A stretch of 37,462 nt of DNA from a virus (taxonomy: Duplodnaviria; Heunggongvirae; Uroviricota; Caudoviricetes). How positions within the stretch are numbered: the stretch's first letter is position 1; each line of letters begins with the position of its first letter. The stretch lies in IMG/VR virus record IMGVR_UViG_2778261530_000007. The stretch is one strand, 5' to 3'. The position numbers and the translations under genes were made by a program. This document shows positions 24,367 through 34,785 of the stretch, one piece after another. Under the pieces are notes generated by a model that worked only from the letters and a program-made list of their open reading frames with translations, was not told the DNA's origin and made no database searches.

Positions 24367-27141
24367 ATGAGCACGAAATTTAAAACCGTTATCACTACTG
24401 CCGGAGCCGCAAAGCTGGCAGCTGCCACTGCCCCCGGCGGGAAAAAAGTAACCCTGTCTGCAATGGCCGTGGGTGACGGTAATGGCAAATTGCCGGTGCC
24501 GGATGCCGGTCAGACGAAACTGGTGCATGAGGTCTGGCGTCACGCTCTGAATAAAGTCAGCGTGGATAACAAGAATAAAAACTATATCGTGGCTGAACTG
24601 GTTGTACCGCCCGAAGTGGGCGGCTTCTGGATGCGTGAGCTTGGTCTGTATGACGATGCCGGAACACTGATTGCGGTATCCAACATGGCAGAAAGCTATA
24701 AACCAGAACTGGCTGAAGGCTCCGGACGTGCGCAGACCTGCCGCATGGTTATTATTGTCAGTAACGTGGCGTCTGTTGAGCTGACTATTGATGCCAGCAC
24801 AGTGATGGCGACGCAGGATTACGTCGATGACAAAATCGCAGAGCATGAGCAGTCCCGCCGCCATCCTGACGCCACGCTGACAGAAAAAGGTTTTACTCAG
24901 TTAAGCAGTGCAACAAACAGCACCAGTGAAAAGCTGGCGGCAACGCCAAAAGCGGTCAAGGCAGCAAATGACAACGCAAATTCACGTCTGGCGAAAAATC
25001 AGAACGGTGCAGATATCCAGGATAAATCAGCTTTTCTGGACAATATTAGTGTTACCAGCCTGACGTTTATGAAAAACAACGGCGAAATGCCGGTTGATGC
25101 TGATCTGAATACATTTGGTCCTGTTAAGGCTTATTCAGGTATCTGGTCTAAAGCAACGTCCACCAACGCAACACTGGAGAAAAATTTCCCGGAAGATAAT
25201 GCTGTCGGTGTGCTTGAGGTTTTTACTGGCGGCAATTTTGCAGGCACGCAACGCTATACCACACGTGACGGAAATTTGTATATCCGCAAACTCATTGGAA
25301 CATGGAATGGTAATGATGGACCATGGGGAGCATGGCGCCATGTTCAGGCTGTAACGCGTGCTCTAAGTACGACCATTGACCTTAACTCTCTCGGTGGCGC
25401 AGAACATTTAGGTCTATGGAGAAACAGCAGTTCAGCAATAGCTTCTTTTGAACGACATTACCCTGAGCAGGGAGGAAACGCGCAGGGCATTCTGGAAATT
25501 TTCGAAGGTGGGCTATATGGACGCACGCAGCGTTATACAACCCGTAACGGGACTATGTATATTCGCGGCCTGACAGCCAAATGGGATGCAGAAAATCCAC
25601 AGTGGGAAGACTGGATCCAAATTGGTTATCAGACCAGTAGTACCTTCTATGAGGATGACCTGGATGATTTGATGTCTCCGGGTATTTACAGTGTGACAGG
25701 CAAAGCGACCCACACCCCAATCCAGGGGCAGTCTGGTTTTCTGGAAGTCATCAGGCGCAAGGATGGTGTCTATGTTTTGCAACGTTACACGACCACAGGA
25801 ACCAGCGCAGCTACAAAAGACCGTTTATATGAGCGAGTGTTTCTTGGTGGCTCATTTAACGCGTGGGGGGAGTGGCGACAGATTTATAACTCAAACTCTT
25901 TGCCGTTAGAGTTGGGCATCGGTGGCGCTGTGGCAAAACTCTCCAGCCTGGACTGGCAGACCTACGACTTTGTGCCGGGCAGTCTGATAACCGTTCGGCT
26001 TGATAACATGACCAACATTCCCGACGGTATGGACTGGGGCGTCATTGATGGCAACCTGATAAACATCGCAGTTGGTCCGAGTGATGATTCCGGTACGGGG
26101 CGCTCAATGCATGTATGGCGCAGCACTGTAAGTAAAGCCAACTACCGCTTTTTTATGGTGCGTATTTCAGGAAATCCGGGAAGCCGCACGATCACGACAA
26201 GACGTGTGCCAATTATCGACGAAGCTCAGACATGGGCGGCGAAACAAACCTTCAGCGCCGGTCTTTCAGGCGAACTGTCCGGCAATGCGGCTACAGCTAC
26301 AAAGCTGAAAACGGCAAGGACAATTAACGGCGTGAAATTTGATGGTTCTGGCAATATCAATATTAATACGCTGGTATCCAGGAATCGCGTTGCTGCATTA
26401 AGCGGGAGTGAGAAGGGGGTGCCTGGTATTCAGATGTATGAGGCATATAACAATGGCTACCCTTATGCCTATGGCAATGTGCTTCATCTTACGGGGGTAT
26501 CCGCAACCGGAGAAGGTGAGTTACTTATCGGCTGGAGTGGAACCAGCGGTGCTTATGCACCAGCATATATTCGTTCAAGGCGGGATACAGATGGCGCTCA
26601 ATGGTCTGGATGGGCACAGCTTTATACGACAGCACATAAACCATCCGCTGGTGATGTTGGTGCTTTACCGATATCCGGTGGCACTATTACAGGCGGTTTA
26701 ACTGTTGATGGGGAAGTTGTTTCAAGGTCAGCAAACGGTTATCGCATCGTATGTGGGAACTATGGATTCTTTATCCGAAATGATGGTAATTTCACCCATT
26801 TCATGTTGACCAACTCCGGTGACAGTATGGGGGGATGGAGTAGTTTAAGCCCATTCTATATTCAGAATTCCACTGGTGGAGTCACTATTGGCCATGGATT
26901 AACTGTTGCCGGACAAGTTGTGCCAAGTAACTACGGTAATTTCGACGGGCGTTATGTGATGGATGTTCGCCTGGGAACACGTGTTGTTCAATTGATGGCG
27001 CGTGGCGGGCGTTATGAGATGGCCGGACACACAATTACCGGATTAAGAATTATTGGTGAAGTTGATGGCGATGATGAAGCCATCTTCAGACCGATACAAA
27101 AATACATCAATGGCACATGGTATAACGTCGCACAGGTGTAA
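24367..27141 (+). CDS. H: Tail fibre protein H, mosaic: P2-like N- and C-termini with a divergent repeat-containing central region
   Basis: N-terminus ([25 protein letters not shown]) and C-terminus ([63 protein letters not shown]) match P2 H as recalled. Confidence 0.9.
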   Translation: MSTKFKTVITTAGAAKLAAATAPGGKKVTLSAMAVGDGNGKLPVPDAGQTKLVHEVWRHALNKVSVDNKNKNYIVAELVVPPEVGGFWMRELGLYDDAGTLIAVSNMAESYKPELAEGSGRAQTCRMVIIVSNVASVELTIDASTVMATQDYVDDKIAEHEQSRRHPDATLTEKGFTQLSSATNSTSEKLAATPKAVKAANDNANSRLAKNQNGADIQDKSAFLDNISVTSLTFMKNNGEMPVDADLNTFGPVKAYSGIWSKATSTNATLEKNFPEDNAVGVLEVFTGGNFAGTQRYTTRDGNLYIRKLIGTWNGNDGPWGAWRHVQAVTRALSTTIDLNSLGGAEHLGLWRNSSSAIASFERHYPEQGGNAQGILEIFEGGLYGRTQRYTTRNGTMYIRGLTAKWDAENPQWEDWIQIGYQTSSTFYEDDLDDLMSPGIYSVTGKATHTPIQGQSGFLEVIRRKDGVYVLQRYTTTGTSAATKDRLYERVFLGGSFNAWGEWRQIYNSNSLPLELGIGGAVAKLSSLDWQTYDFVPGSLITVRLDNMTNIPDGMDWGVIDGNLINIAVGPSDDSGTGRSMHVWRSTVSKANYRFFMVRISGNPGSRTITTRRVPIIDEAQTWAAKQTFSAGLSGELSGNAATATKLKTARTINGVKFDGSGNININTLVSRNRVAALSGSEKGVPGIQMYEAYNNGYPYAYGNVLHLTGVSATGEGELLIGWSGTSGAYAPAYIRSRRDTDGAQWSGWAQLYTTAHKPSAGDVGALPISGGTITGGLTVDGEVVSRSANGYRIVCGNYGFFIRNDGNFTHFMLTNSGDSMGGWSSLSPFYIQNSTGGVTIGHGLTVAGQVVPSNYGNFDGRYVMDVRLGTRVVQLMARGGRYEMAGHTITGLRIIGEVDGDDEAIFRPIQKYINGTWYNVAQV

Positions 27142-27144
27142 GTT

Positions 27145-27672
27145 ATGCAGCATTTAAAAAATATAAGGTCAGGAAATCCGAAAACCATTGAACAATATCA
27201 ACTAACAAAAAAATTCGACGTTATCTGGTTATTTTCAGAGGATGGAAAAAACTGGTATGAAGAGGTAAAGCATTTTCAGGAAGACACAATAAAGATTGTT
27301 TACGATGAGAATAATATTATTGTCGCCATTACCAAAGATGCATCAACGCTTAATCCAGAGGGGTTCAGCGTCGTTGAAGTCCCTGATATTACCGCCAACC
27401 GACGAGCTGATGACTCAGGTAAATGGATGTTTAAGGACGGTGCCGTGATTAAGCGGATTTATACGGCAGACGAACAGCAGCAACAGGCGGAGTCAAAAAA
27501 GGCAGCTTTGCTTTCCGAAGCTGAATCCGTGATTTTGCCGCTGGAGCGCGCTGTCAGGCTGAATATGGCAACAGATGAGGAGCGCACACGACTGGAAGCC
27601 TGGGAACGCTACAGCGTTCTGGTCAGCCGTGTGGATACAGCAAAGCCCGAATGGCCACAAAAGCCTGAGTAA
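27145..27672 (+). CDS. G: Tail fibre assembly chaperone (P2 gpG family)
   Basis: Position directly after H; typical length (175 aa). Confidence 0.8.
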   Translation: MQHLKNIRSGNPKTIEQYQLTKKFDVIWLFSEDGKNWYEEVKHFQEDTIKIVYDENNIIVAITKDASTLNPEGFSVVEVPDITANRRADDSGKWMFKDGAVIKRIYTADEQQQQAESKKAALLSEAESVILPLERAVRLNMATDEERTRLEAWERYSVLVSRVDTAKPEWPQKPE

Positions 27673-27890
27673 AAATTAAGCTCCGATATCGGGCCTTCTC
27701 TCATTCTGGTTGTTCGGGAAACGTTACTGGCAGGCCGGAGGTGTCTGTGGATTCGACTTTCTACGCGTAGAGCATCCATTCGGTTAATTTTTGTTTATTC
27801 TCGTCGGAAATGATGCCCAGCCGTAGCTGTGAGCCCCATAGGCGATATACAGACTGAAGAAACAACCAGGCAGATCCAGGAAAAAGAAAA

Positions 27891-27918
27891 CCGCTAATCT
27901 GAACATTAGCGGTTTTTT
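27891..27918. terminator. Bidirectional rho-independent terminator (CCGCTAATCTGAACATTAGCGG flanked by an A-run and a T-run) between convergent G and U
   Basis: Perfect hairpin with TTTTTT on the plus strand and TTTTCTTTTT on the minus strand. Confidence 0.65.
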
Positions 27919-27926
27919 GCGTTAAT

Positions 27927-28421
27927 TCAGAACAGCCCTTTAACTGAACTGGTTGCGCTGTTAAGAGATGATGTCACCTTATCTTTGAAGCCGGACAGCA
28001 TATCGCTGAACGATGAGGATTGCAGGCGCTCCCGCAAATCCTCATCACAGCGTTCAAGGGTCAGTGAAAATTCTATCTTTTTCGCCTTACCGTAGCGATC
28101 AAACTCGGAACGGGTCGTATTCGTTTCGGTCAGAACATACATGCCGTAAATCTGCCCGACGCCATCAATAAGAGGCCAGGGGCGTCCTGTATACGCCTGC
28201 GTGGTCAGCAGCGACAGCGACACTTCACCACCTGTAATTTCAGGATAAAGCACACCAGAAAGAACAATACGATCATCGCCTGCCCCGATATACTGCCAGC
28301 TTGCTGAACGGTTAACGCGTTCATTTTTCACATGTCGCCAGCTTTTATTTTGCTGTAACTGCTGATGCGGCAATGTGCGCAGCTCAAAAACAAACATGCC
28401 GTAGATCATCATCATGGCCAT
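27927..28421 (-). CDS. U: Tail protein U (P2 gpU)
   Basis: Similarity to P2 U as recalled (FVF..P, GAGDDRIVLSGVLYPE, WPLI). Confidence 0.88.
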   Translation of the reverse strand: MAMMMIYGMFVFELRTLPHQQLQQNKSWRHVKNERVNRSASWQYIGAGDDRIVLSGVLYPEITGGEVSLSLLTTQAYTGRPWPLIDGVGQIYGMYVLTETNTTRSEFDRYGKAKKIEFSLTLERCDEDLRERLQSSSFSDMLSGFKDKVTSSLNSATSSVKGLF

Positions 28422-28427
28422 GACTCC

Positions 28428-31277
28428 TCAATCTTTATCGTAAAAACTGCCACGTCCGGCACGGGCGCGCCGTTCCACCTCTGCCCTGACCATTTCACCG
28501 ACCAGTTTCGCCAGTTCGCGGGGATTCTGCGTAACAACGTTATGCAGATGAACATGAATTTCACCACCAAATCCGGAGGCAACAGGCTCCCGGTTACGGG
28601 AAGTTACAGGAACTGATGCCACTGGCGATCGTATGGCCTCCGCCACCGGGCGGGAGCTGGCCGCAACAACAGGGACCAGCGCCGGAGGCAGCGGAGCCGG
28701 GACCACGGGTGTGATATTAATTGCGGGGGCAGGCTTACTGACATGCGCAATCTTCCGCTCCTGCCACTCCCCACGAACAGCAAGTGCGCGGGGCAGGTTC
28801 TTAAAGACAATATCGCCGGGGCCAATGCGTTTTTTCGTCTCATCAACCAGCTTACCTGTGTTATCAGCAATTTTGCTGAGCCTGCGTAGCGTACCGGTAT
28901 TGTTGTCTGTGAGCGGTTTGTTGTCTTTGGGTTTATCGCCTTTTTTGTCGTCGACCTTATCTGACGGGGCCGGGCCGGGAGTCCATGGTTTCTGAACCAT
29001 TTTCTTGAGAACCGGATCCCATTCCCACATTACAGGAGCCTTTGAAGCGTTCTCTATTTTCTTTCTCGCCCGTTCCGCTTCATCCGGAAGCACTCCGAGC
29101 TTTTCAAGTATCCACGCCAGTGAATCCATCAATGCTTTTGTTGGCGTCAGGACAAGCTCTATCGCTCCACCGAGTACCCTGCCGAATACCTCGCCAGCAC
29201 TGGTACATTTATCCAGCGTTTCCTTGCTGGACTCCATCGGTGACAGCAGCGATTTAAACCAGTTAAACACCTGGCTGATCCCGCTTCCGATTGTGTCAAA
29301 AACAGGACCAAACCGTTCAAAGGTTTCGCGCAACGGGGTCAGCCTTTCCATAATCCCGCTGAACACCCCGGCAAAAAATGCCCTGATGGGATCCCAGTAT
29401 TTCCAGATAAGAACGGCAGCTCCGGCAAGCGCAGCCACAATAAGACCAACCGGACTGAACAACGCCCCGATGGCGCCTCCCAGTAAAGAAACGGAACCCG
29501 TCACCATTCCCCACAGCGCAGGCAACACCCTGACGACATTCATTGACCGGGTAAGAATGTCAAAACCAAGACGCAGGGTGGCCAGCTTCCCGTAAAGCAC
29601 CCCAATAACCAGCGACAACGAGCCAATCGTTGCAGTCATTGCCAGCAACGCACCGCCTGCTATCAGTAGCTGGCGCGTCAGTACCGGATGGGCCTGCGCC
29701 AGCGAGGTGATTTTTTCAAGCACCCGCGTGAGCCACTGCGTGACAGAACGCAGCGGACCGTCAACCAGATCACTGATGCGAATACGAAGACCTTCCCATG
29801 CGCTGTCGAGATTTTTCAGGTCCCCATCAAGATTATCGGCCATTACTTTTGCGACGCGATCGGCCTCTCCCCTTGCCCCCTGCAATTCTCTGGTCAGTTT
29901 TTGCAGCTCTCCTGAACCAGCCGCCGCAACAAGCGTCTGCAAACCAACGAACGCCTCTTCTCCGGCGATGCCCTTGAAGAAGGAAACCTGGTCCACCTGT
30001 CCGTATTTTTGTGTCGCCTTATAGAGATCAAGCAGCACATCCTCCATCGGGCGCATTTTGCCTCTGGCGTCAGCAACTGACACCCCCAGCTCTTTCAGTG
30101 CATCAGCCGCAGCTTTTGGCGGTGATGCAAGGCGGGACAGACTTGCGCGCATGGCCGTACCAGCATCGCTTCCGCGAAGACCATTATTGGCAAGCATCCC
30201 GGCCATGGCCGCCGCTTCTTCAAGACTGATACCAAGTTTTGCGGCAACCGGACCGGTATACTTCATGGTTTCGCCCAGCGCGCGTAAATCAGTATTGGTC
30301 CGGGTGAATGCTGCTGTCAGCGTATCGCCAACACGGTCCATTTGATCGGCTGTCAGGTTGAACTGTGTGAGGATATTGGAGCCTATATCAGCCGTCTCGC
30401 CGAGTTCGACGCCACCTGCCAGCGCCATATTAAGAACACCGGGCAATGCGGCCTGAATGGCCTGCGGAGTAAAACCAGCCATTGCCAGAAAGCTCTGCCC
30501 ACTGGCGGCATCACTCGCAGTAAACTGTGTTTCAGAGCCAAGTTTTAACGCCTGCTCACGCAGCGCCTTAAACTGCGGGCTGTTTTTGTCGATTCGCGTC
30601 AGTGCCTGAACGCGGGACATCTCTTTGCCGAACCCGATCGCAGGCTGCAAAAAACGCCCGGCAGCATAGCCGCCCGCCGTTGCCGCACCAATTGCCAGCG
30701 CACCACCTGTTTTCAGTTTTCCCGCTGTTTCCTGCGCGCGCGAATACCGCTCACGCGCCCGTGTTACACGCGCAAGCGCCTGCCGTTCGCGTTCAAGCTG
30801 GTTGTTGTACTGTTCGGTGCGTCTGATGGCCTGCTGGATGGTGTTATCGCTGCCTGTCAGGGAAATGCCGTGGCGTTTCAGCTCTCCGCCAAGCTCCCGC
30901 ATTTTCTGAATTTCCCGTGTGCGCGATTCATTCAGGCGTTCAAGCCGGGTGCTTAACTGCTGCATCAGCTTTTGTTGTTTTTCGCTGAGCACTGTACCCG
31001 TGCGTTGTAACTGATTAAGGGCGTTAAGCTGGCGTCGTGCTTTCAATATGCCAGCATCCGCTTTACTGACAGCGTCACGGGCGCGCTCAAATGAACGCGC
31101 CTGACGCTCGAGATTTTTGATCGCCCCCTGCGTTCGCTGGATGGAGTCACCAAACTGCCCCATCAGGCGGCGGGCGTTTTCGGCAGGCCGGGTCAGCCTG
31201 TCAACGGCGCTGAAAGCGACCCGGATGTCAAGAGTCTTCATTGTCTGCATTCCCGCTGCGAAGTGCCGCCCGCTCAC
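28428..31277 (-). CDS. T: Tail tape measure protein (P2 gpT)
   Basis: 949 aa, coiled-coil N-terminus, Gly/Ala-rich hydrophobic core; position between E and U. Confidence 0.9.
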   Translation of the reverse strand: MSGRHFAAGMQTMKTLDIRVAFSAVDRLTRPAENARRLMGQFGDSIQRTQGAIKNLERQARSFERARDAVSKADAGILKARRQLNALNQLQRTGTVLSEKQQKLMQQLSTRLERLNESRTREIQKMRELGGELKRHGISLTGSDNTIQQAIRRTEQYNNQLERERQALARVTRARERYSRAQETAGKLKTGGALAIGAATAGGYAAGRFLQPAIGFGKEMSRVQALTRIDKNSPQFKALREQALKLGSETQFTASDAASGQSFLAMAGFTPQAIQAALPGVLNMALAGGVELGETADIGSNILTQFNLTADQMDRVGDTLTAAFTRTNTDLRALGETMKYTGPVAAKLGISLEEAAAMAGMLANNGLRGSDAGTAMRASLSRLASPPKAAADALKELGVSVADARGKMRPMEDVLLDLYKATQKYGQVDQVSFFKGIAGEEAFVGLQTLVAAAGSGELQKLTRELQGARGEADRVAKVMADNLDGDLKNLDSAWEGLRIRISDLVDGPLRSVTQWLTRVLEKITSLAQAHPVLTRQLLIAGGALLAMTATIGSLSLVIGVLYGKLATLRLGFDILTRSMNVVRVLPALWGMVTGSVSLLGGAIGALFSPVGLIVAALAGAAVLIWKYWDPIRAFFAGVFSGIMERLTPLRETFERFGPVFDTIGSGISQVFNWFKSLLSPMESSKETLDKCTSAGEVFGRVLGGAIELVLTPTKALMDSLAWILEKLGVLPDEAERARKKIENASKAPVMWEWDPVLKKMVQKPWTPGPAPSDKVDDKKGDKPKDNKPLTDNNTGTLRRLSKIADNTGKLVDETKKRIGPGDIVFKNLPRALAVRGEWQERKIAHVSKPAPAINITPVVPAPLPPALVPVVAASSRPVAEAIRSPVASVPVTSRNREPVASGFGGEIHVHLHNVVTQNPRELAKLVGEMVRAEVERRARAGRGSFYDKD

Positions 31278-31766
31278 GCCAGCTAACCACTTCGCCGGGC
31301 GTCATCATGAAGATTTCGGCGGGCGACCAGTTAAAAATGGCGGCGATATCTGCCACCAGATCTTCGATGTGCTCAAAGCACACCAGGGTGATTACGCTGC
31401 CGTCTCCTGCACGCTCTTCGCGCCAGAGTCTGGCTCGCTCATAAAATTTACAGCCACAGCGCACAACTGAATAAAATCGCGTGACGACATTTTTTTAATC
31501 ATCACTTCATCCAGTCGTGGCGAGGTCACGCGAGGCAACAGCGTAAACATGGTATCCGCTTTCAGATTCAGCACATCAGACAGCGACAGACCACGCAGGG
31601 ATCCAGCCTGCTCAATAGCCCCGGTGATCTCCACATACGTGATTTTTTCGCCACCACGCTCAATTGGTCGGGTCAGTTTTACGCCACGTTCGACAGCCAT
31701 ATCCTCACCTGCCGTCACATCATCCGCCACGGTGTTATTCCGGGTTTCAGTATCGATGTCTTTCAT
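31228..31766 (-). CDS. E': E+E' programmed -1 frameshift product (E body fused to the E' extension); predicted slippery site A7 at plus-strand 31490..31496
   Basis: The E' frame is -1 relative to E and opens at a TAA inside ATT-AAA-AAA-ATG (hand-checked); P2 is known to make E+E' by frameshifting. Confidence 0.6.
31392..31766 (-). CDS. E: Tail assembly chaperone E (P2 gpE)
   Basis: Position between FII and T; overlapping -1 frame ORF downstream. Confidence 0.85.
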   Translation of the reverse strand: MKDIDTETRNNTVADDVTAGEDMAVERGVKLTRPIERGGEKITYVEITGAIEQAGSLRGLSLSDVLNLKADTMFTLLPRVTSPRLDEVMIKKMSSRDFIQLCAVAVNFMSEPDSGAKSVQETAA

Positions 31767-31821
31767 CAGTTGTCTCCTTTTCAGTCAGAGGCGACGCACT
31801 GCGCCGCCTGCATATTACTTA

Positions 31822-32334
31822 TCAGCCAAGCCCGAGCGCGGAACGGATGCGATCGGGCACAATGTCCTTGCCGTCCTTCCGGTAAATGAAGTTCAGCAGG
31901 TCAATCTCCCACAACGGGCGATCGTTAACACTCAGCTTGTAGTAGGTGTTTTTAATGGCGTAAGTGTGTGATGTGGCTTCGCCCTGTTTGGCTTCCCCCA
32001 TATCAATTTCCGTCACACGTCCGCGCATTTCGACTTCATACAGGTCGCTTTCTGCATCGGTGTAGTATTCACCCGCAAAACGCAGCAGCGTGCCGTCAAT
32101 CGTGCCGCCATACTTAAGGAACAGCGCACGAACAGCTCCCCCCATAACAAAGCTCGCATCAAGCGCGGAGTCGTCCAGACCGAGATCAATACTTACCGCA
32201 CCCATCATGCCACCACCCCGGTAGCTGTCGGTTTTGCGCGTCAGCTTAGGCAGAGTGACGGACGTCACCTTACCCACTTCGTTTTCACCATCCACAAACA
32301 GCGTAAAAAAGCGAAGATGTTTTGGTACAGCCAT
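31822..32334 (-). CDS. FII: Tail tube protein FII (P2 gpFII)
   Basis: 170 aa, position directly after the sheath gene. Confidence 0.88.
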   Translation of the reverse strand: MAVPKHLRFFTLFVDGENEVGKVTSVTLPKLTRKTDSYRGGGMMGAVSIDLGLDDSALDASFVMGGAVRALFLKYGGTIDGTLLRFAGEYYTDAESDLYEVEMRGRVTEIDMGEAKQGEATSHTYAIKNTYYKLSVNDRPLWEIDLLNFIYRKDGKDIVPDRIRSALGLG

Positions 32335-33518
32335 CAGGCACCTCCCAGCACCGCAAATGCGGGACCAAAGAATTCATCAGTAAACGACTGGTAAAGCTCC
32401 ATGTCTTCCAGCGGGGGAACAGGCGTATATTTGTAGCGAATACGCACGCGCCCCTGACGTAAATTCGTGGTGCCGTTATCCACCACGTCATACCAGCACT
32501 CCGCACCAATCAGTTTCCCGGCAGTAACCAGCGAATCCAGTTTTGCCCTGATGGCACTGATAACATCCTTCACGTTCGCAGGCGTCAGTGGACTGTCGAT
32601 GGTTTCAAACTGCGCTTCCGCAATTGAATCAGCCAGCACCTGTGCGGTTCGGGTATACACCTCAAAGATGTAGGCGTTCGTTTCCGGTGTGCGGTTGCCC
32701 CAGAAGCGGAACCCGTTGCGACGAATAATGGTCGTGATTTCTTTGTTATTGAGGCTGTTGGCATCACTGTCTTCGGCCTGCAACGACCAGAACACATGCC
32801 TGGACATTCCCAGCACATTTTTAACCGGAACGTTGGACAGCGATTTGTGCCAGCCCTGCTCATGGTCAATGTACGCACGAAGGCCGCACGCATAAGCAGG
32901 CGCGGGGAACGTTTCGTTTTTGCCACTTTTCGGGTTGTAGGCGATGAAGTCAGGCCATAAGAGCATCACCTCACGTTCGTTGAATTTCTGGCGGTAGGTA
33001 ATCGCCTCAGCCATCGTGTTACAACCATGACATGTGGCATACACAAACGCGCGCAGTTTACCCGCAATCACGCACAGGGATTTTGTCACCGCCTCCGTGT
33101 CCAGCTCCGGCGCGGCCAGAATACGCGGACGGTATCCGATGCTTTCATCCTGCTCTGCAACAAGCAGCGCATACATCCCCGTATAGCTGCCGTCAGATTC
33201 AGAACCACCGATAACCAGTTGATCCTGCGTCTTTCCGTTTTCTTCTTTGTGTTCAGCCACGCGAACGACGATCACCTTTGTGCTCACCTGGTCTGCGATG
33301 GCCTTAAGCGCACGATAAAGCGTCCCCGTTGTTCCGCATTTTCCCAGCACGTCATTGACGCGGGTCAGCAGTGTGGGCTTGTTCAGCGGGAACAGCTCCG
33401 CATCCGCATCATCCGCCGTTGCCACGATACCGATAACGCTGGAATCAACATCGTTAATCGCTGTTACCAGGTCGGTATTTTCCGTAACACGGGCACCATG
33501 AAAACGAGTTTCACTCAT
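32334..33518 (-). CDS. FI: Tail sheath protein FI (P2 gpFI)
   Basis: Similarity to P2 FI as recalled (FPLNKP, LQAIADQ, KLRAF, YRQ, WPDF, LRAxIDxEQGWHK, LIRRxGFRFWGNRT, YTRTAQV, YxYTPVPPLE). Confidence 0.92.
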   Translation of the reverse strand: MSETRFHGARVTENTDLVTAINDVDSSVIGIVATADDADAELFPLNKPTLLTRVNDVLGKCGTTGTLYRALKAIADQVSTKVIVVRVAEHKEENGKTQDQLVIGGSESDGSYTGMYALLVAEQDESIGYRPRILAAPELDTEAVTKSLCVIAGKLRAFVYATCHGCNTMAEAITYRQKFNEREVMLLWPDFIAYNPKSGKNETFPAPAYACGLRAYIDHEQGWHKSLSNVPVKNVLGMSRHVFWSLQAEDSDANSLNNKEITTIIRRNGFRFWGNRTPETNAYIFEVYTRTAQVLADSIAEAQFETIDSPLTPANVKDVISAIRAKLDSLVTAGKLIGAECWYDVVDNGTTNLRQGRVRIRYKYTPVPPLEDMELYQSFTDEFFGPAFAVLGGA

Positions 33519-33675
33519 AGCTTCAGCCCCTTGTATCCGTTAAATGATTCGGCAACAATCATCACCCACCACGCGCGTAATCTCACCCCTGCGCCGTTCT
33601 CCCGACCCAGCGACAACAAAAAGCAGTAACCCCCTCCGCACGCACATGCGACCATGCCGCACAGGGAGGGAACAG

Positions 33676-34785
33676 ATGACCGACACCACCATGCAATTGC
33701 TCAGTCAGGGCACAGACCCCGTGAAAATGCCGGATTTTGATATTCTCGCGGAGGGTAAAACGCTGTCAGGCGTGGCAGAGCGCCTGATGAGCCTGTCACT
33801 GACCGACAACCGGGGATTTGAGGCGGACCAGCTCACCATCACGCTGGATGATGCGGATGGTCAGTTGCAGCTACCGCCACGGGGCGCGCGTCTGACGGTT
33901 CTCATTGGCTGGAAAGGGGAACCGCTGACAGAAAAAGGCACTTACATTGTTGATGAAATCGCTCACGAAGGACCGCCGGACAGGCTGACTGTTTCAGCCA
34001 GAAGCGCAGATTTTCGGGATGAATTTAACGTTAAACGTGAGGTGTCCTGGCATGATGTGACCCTTGAGCGTGTGGTATCCGCCATCGCTCATCGGTATAG
34101 TCTGAAACCACAAATCAGCGAAATGCTGATGGATATCGAAATCGACCACGCCGACCAGACCGAAGAAAGCGACATGTCCTTCCTTACGCGCATGGCGGAA
34201 ATGCTGGGCGCAATCACCACGGTAAAAAGCGGCAATCTGTTATTCATCATGCCAGGTGGTGGCGTGAACGCACAGGGCCAGCCGTTGCCCTCGTTCGCCA
34301 TTACACGCAGCAGCGGCGATCGCCATCAGTTCCGTATTGCTGACCGCGAGGCGTATACGGGGGTACGCGCCTACTGGCTTGATCTTAATTACGGGAAGAA
34401 GAAAAAAGTCAGCGTGAAACGCCGCAAACCGCCAAAACCCAAAAAGGAGAAAAGCAGCAGCCGTGAAGGTGATTATATGGAAGGCGCGGAAGGCAATGTG
34501 TTTGTGTTACGCAAGACTTATCAGAACGAGCAGGCAGCAAGACGCGCAGCGGCGGCAAAGTGGCAGCAGCTACAACGCGGAGCCGCATCATTCTCCATCA
34601 CGCTGGCGCGTGGACGTGCAGAACTCTACCCCGAAATGCATGGCACAGTAACAGGCTTTAAAAGCGAGATTAATAATCAGGACTGGATTATTGCAAAAGC
34701 CGAGCACACCATTGATAACAGCGGCTTTACCACACAGCTTGAGCTTGAAGCAAAAATCCCGGAATGGATAGCAGAAACAGAATGA
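33676..34785 (+). CDS. D: Tail / late control protein D (P2 gpD); start chosen at the ATG with a GGGAGGG RBS
   Basis: Similarity to P2 D as recalled (SLTDNRGFEADQL, ITRS.GDRH, WxxLQRG, SGFTTxLELE). Confidence 0.85.
   Translation: MTDTTMQLLSQGTDPVKMPDFDILAEGKTLSGVAERLMSLSLTDNRGFEADQLTITLDDADGQLQLPPRGARLTVLIGWKGEPLTEKGTYIVDEIAHEGPPDRLTVSARSADFRDEFNVKREVSWHDVTLERVVSAIAHRYSLKPQISEMLMDIEIDHADQTEESDMSFLTRMAEMLGAITTVKSGNLLFIMPGGGVNAQGQPLPSFAITRSSGDRHQFRIADREAYTGVRAYWLDLNYGKKKKVSVKRRKPPKPKKEKSSSREGDYMEGAEGNVFVLRKTYQNEQAARRAAAAKWQQLQRGAASFSITLARGRAELYPEMHGTVTGFKSEINNQDWIIAKAEHTIDNSGFTTQLELEAKIPEWIAETE

Noticed and set aside
23853-24864. Minus-strand ORFs of 211 and 175 aa
   Set aside because: Antisense to baseplate gene I and tail fibre gene H, both confidently assigned
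29005-30548. Multiple plus-strand ORFs of 60-196 aa
   Set aside because: Antisense within the tape measure gene T
33519-33675. Ogr-dependent late promoter sites (TGT-N12-ACA dyad) in the FI/D divergent region
   Set aside because: Only imperfect matches with the wrong spacing were found by eye, so no promoter feature is reported
27673-33675. Inverted repeats flanking the oppositely oriented tail block
   Set aside because: Comparing the two junctions by eye showed no shared inverted sequence, so a recent repeat-mediated inversion is not supported
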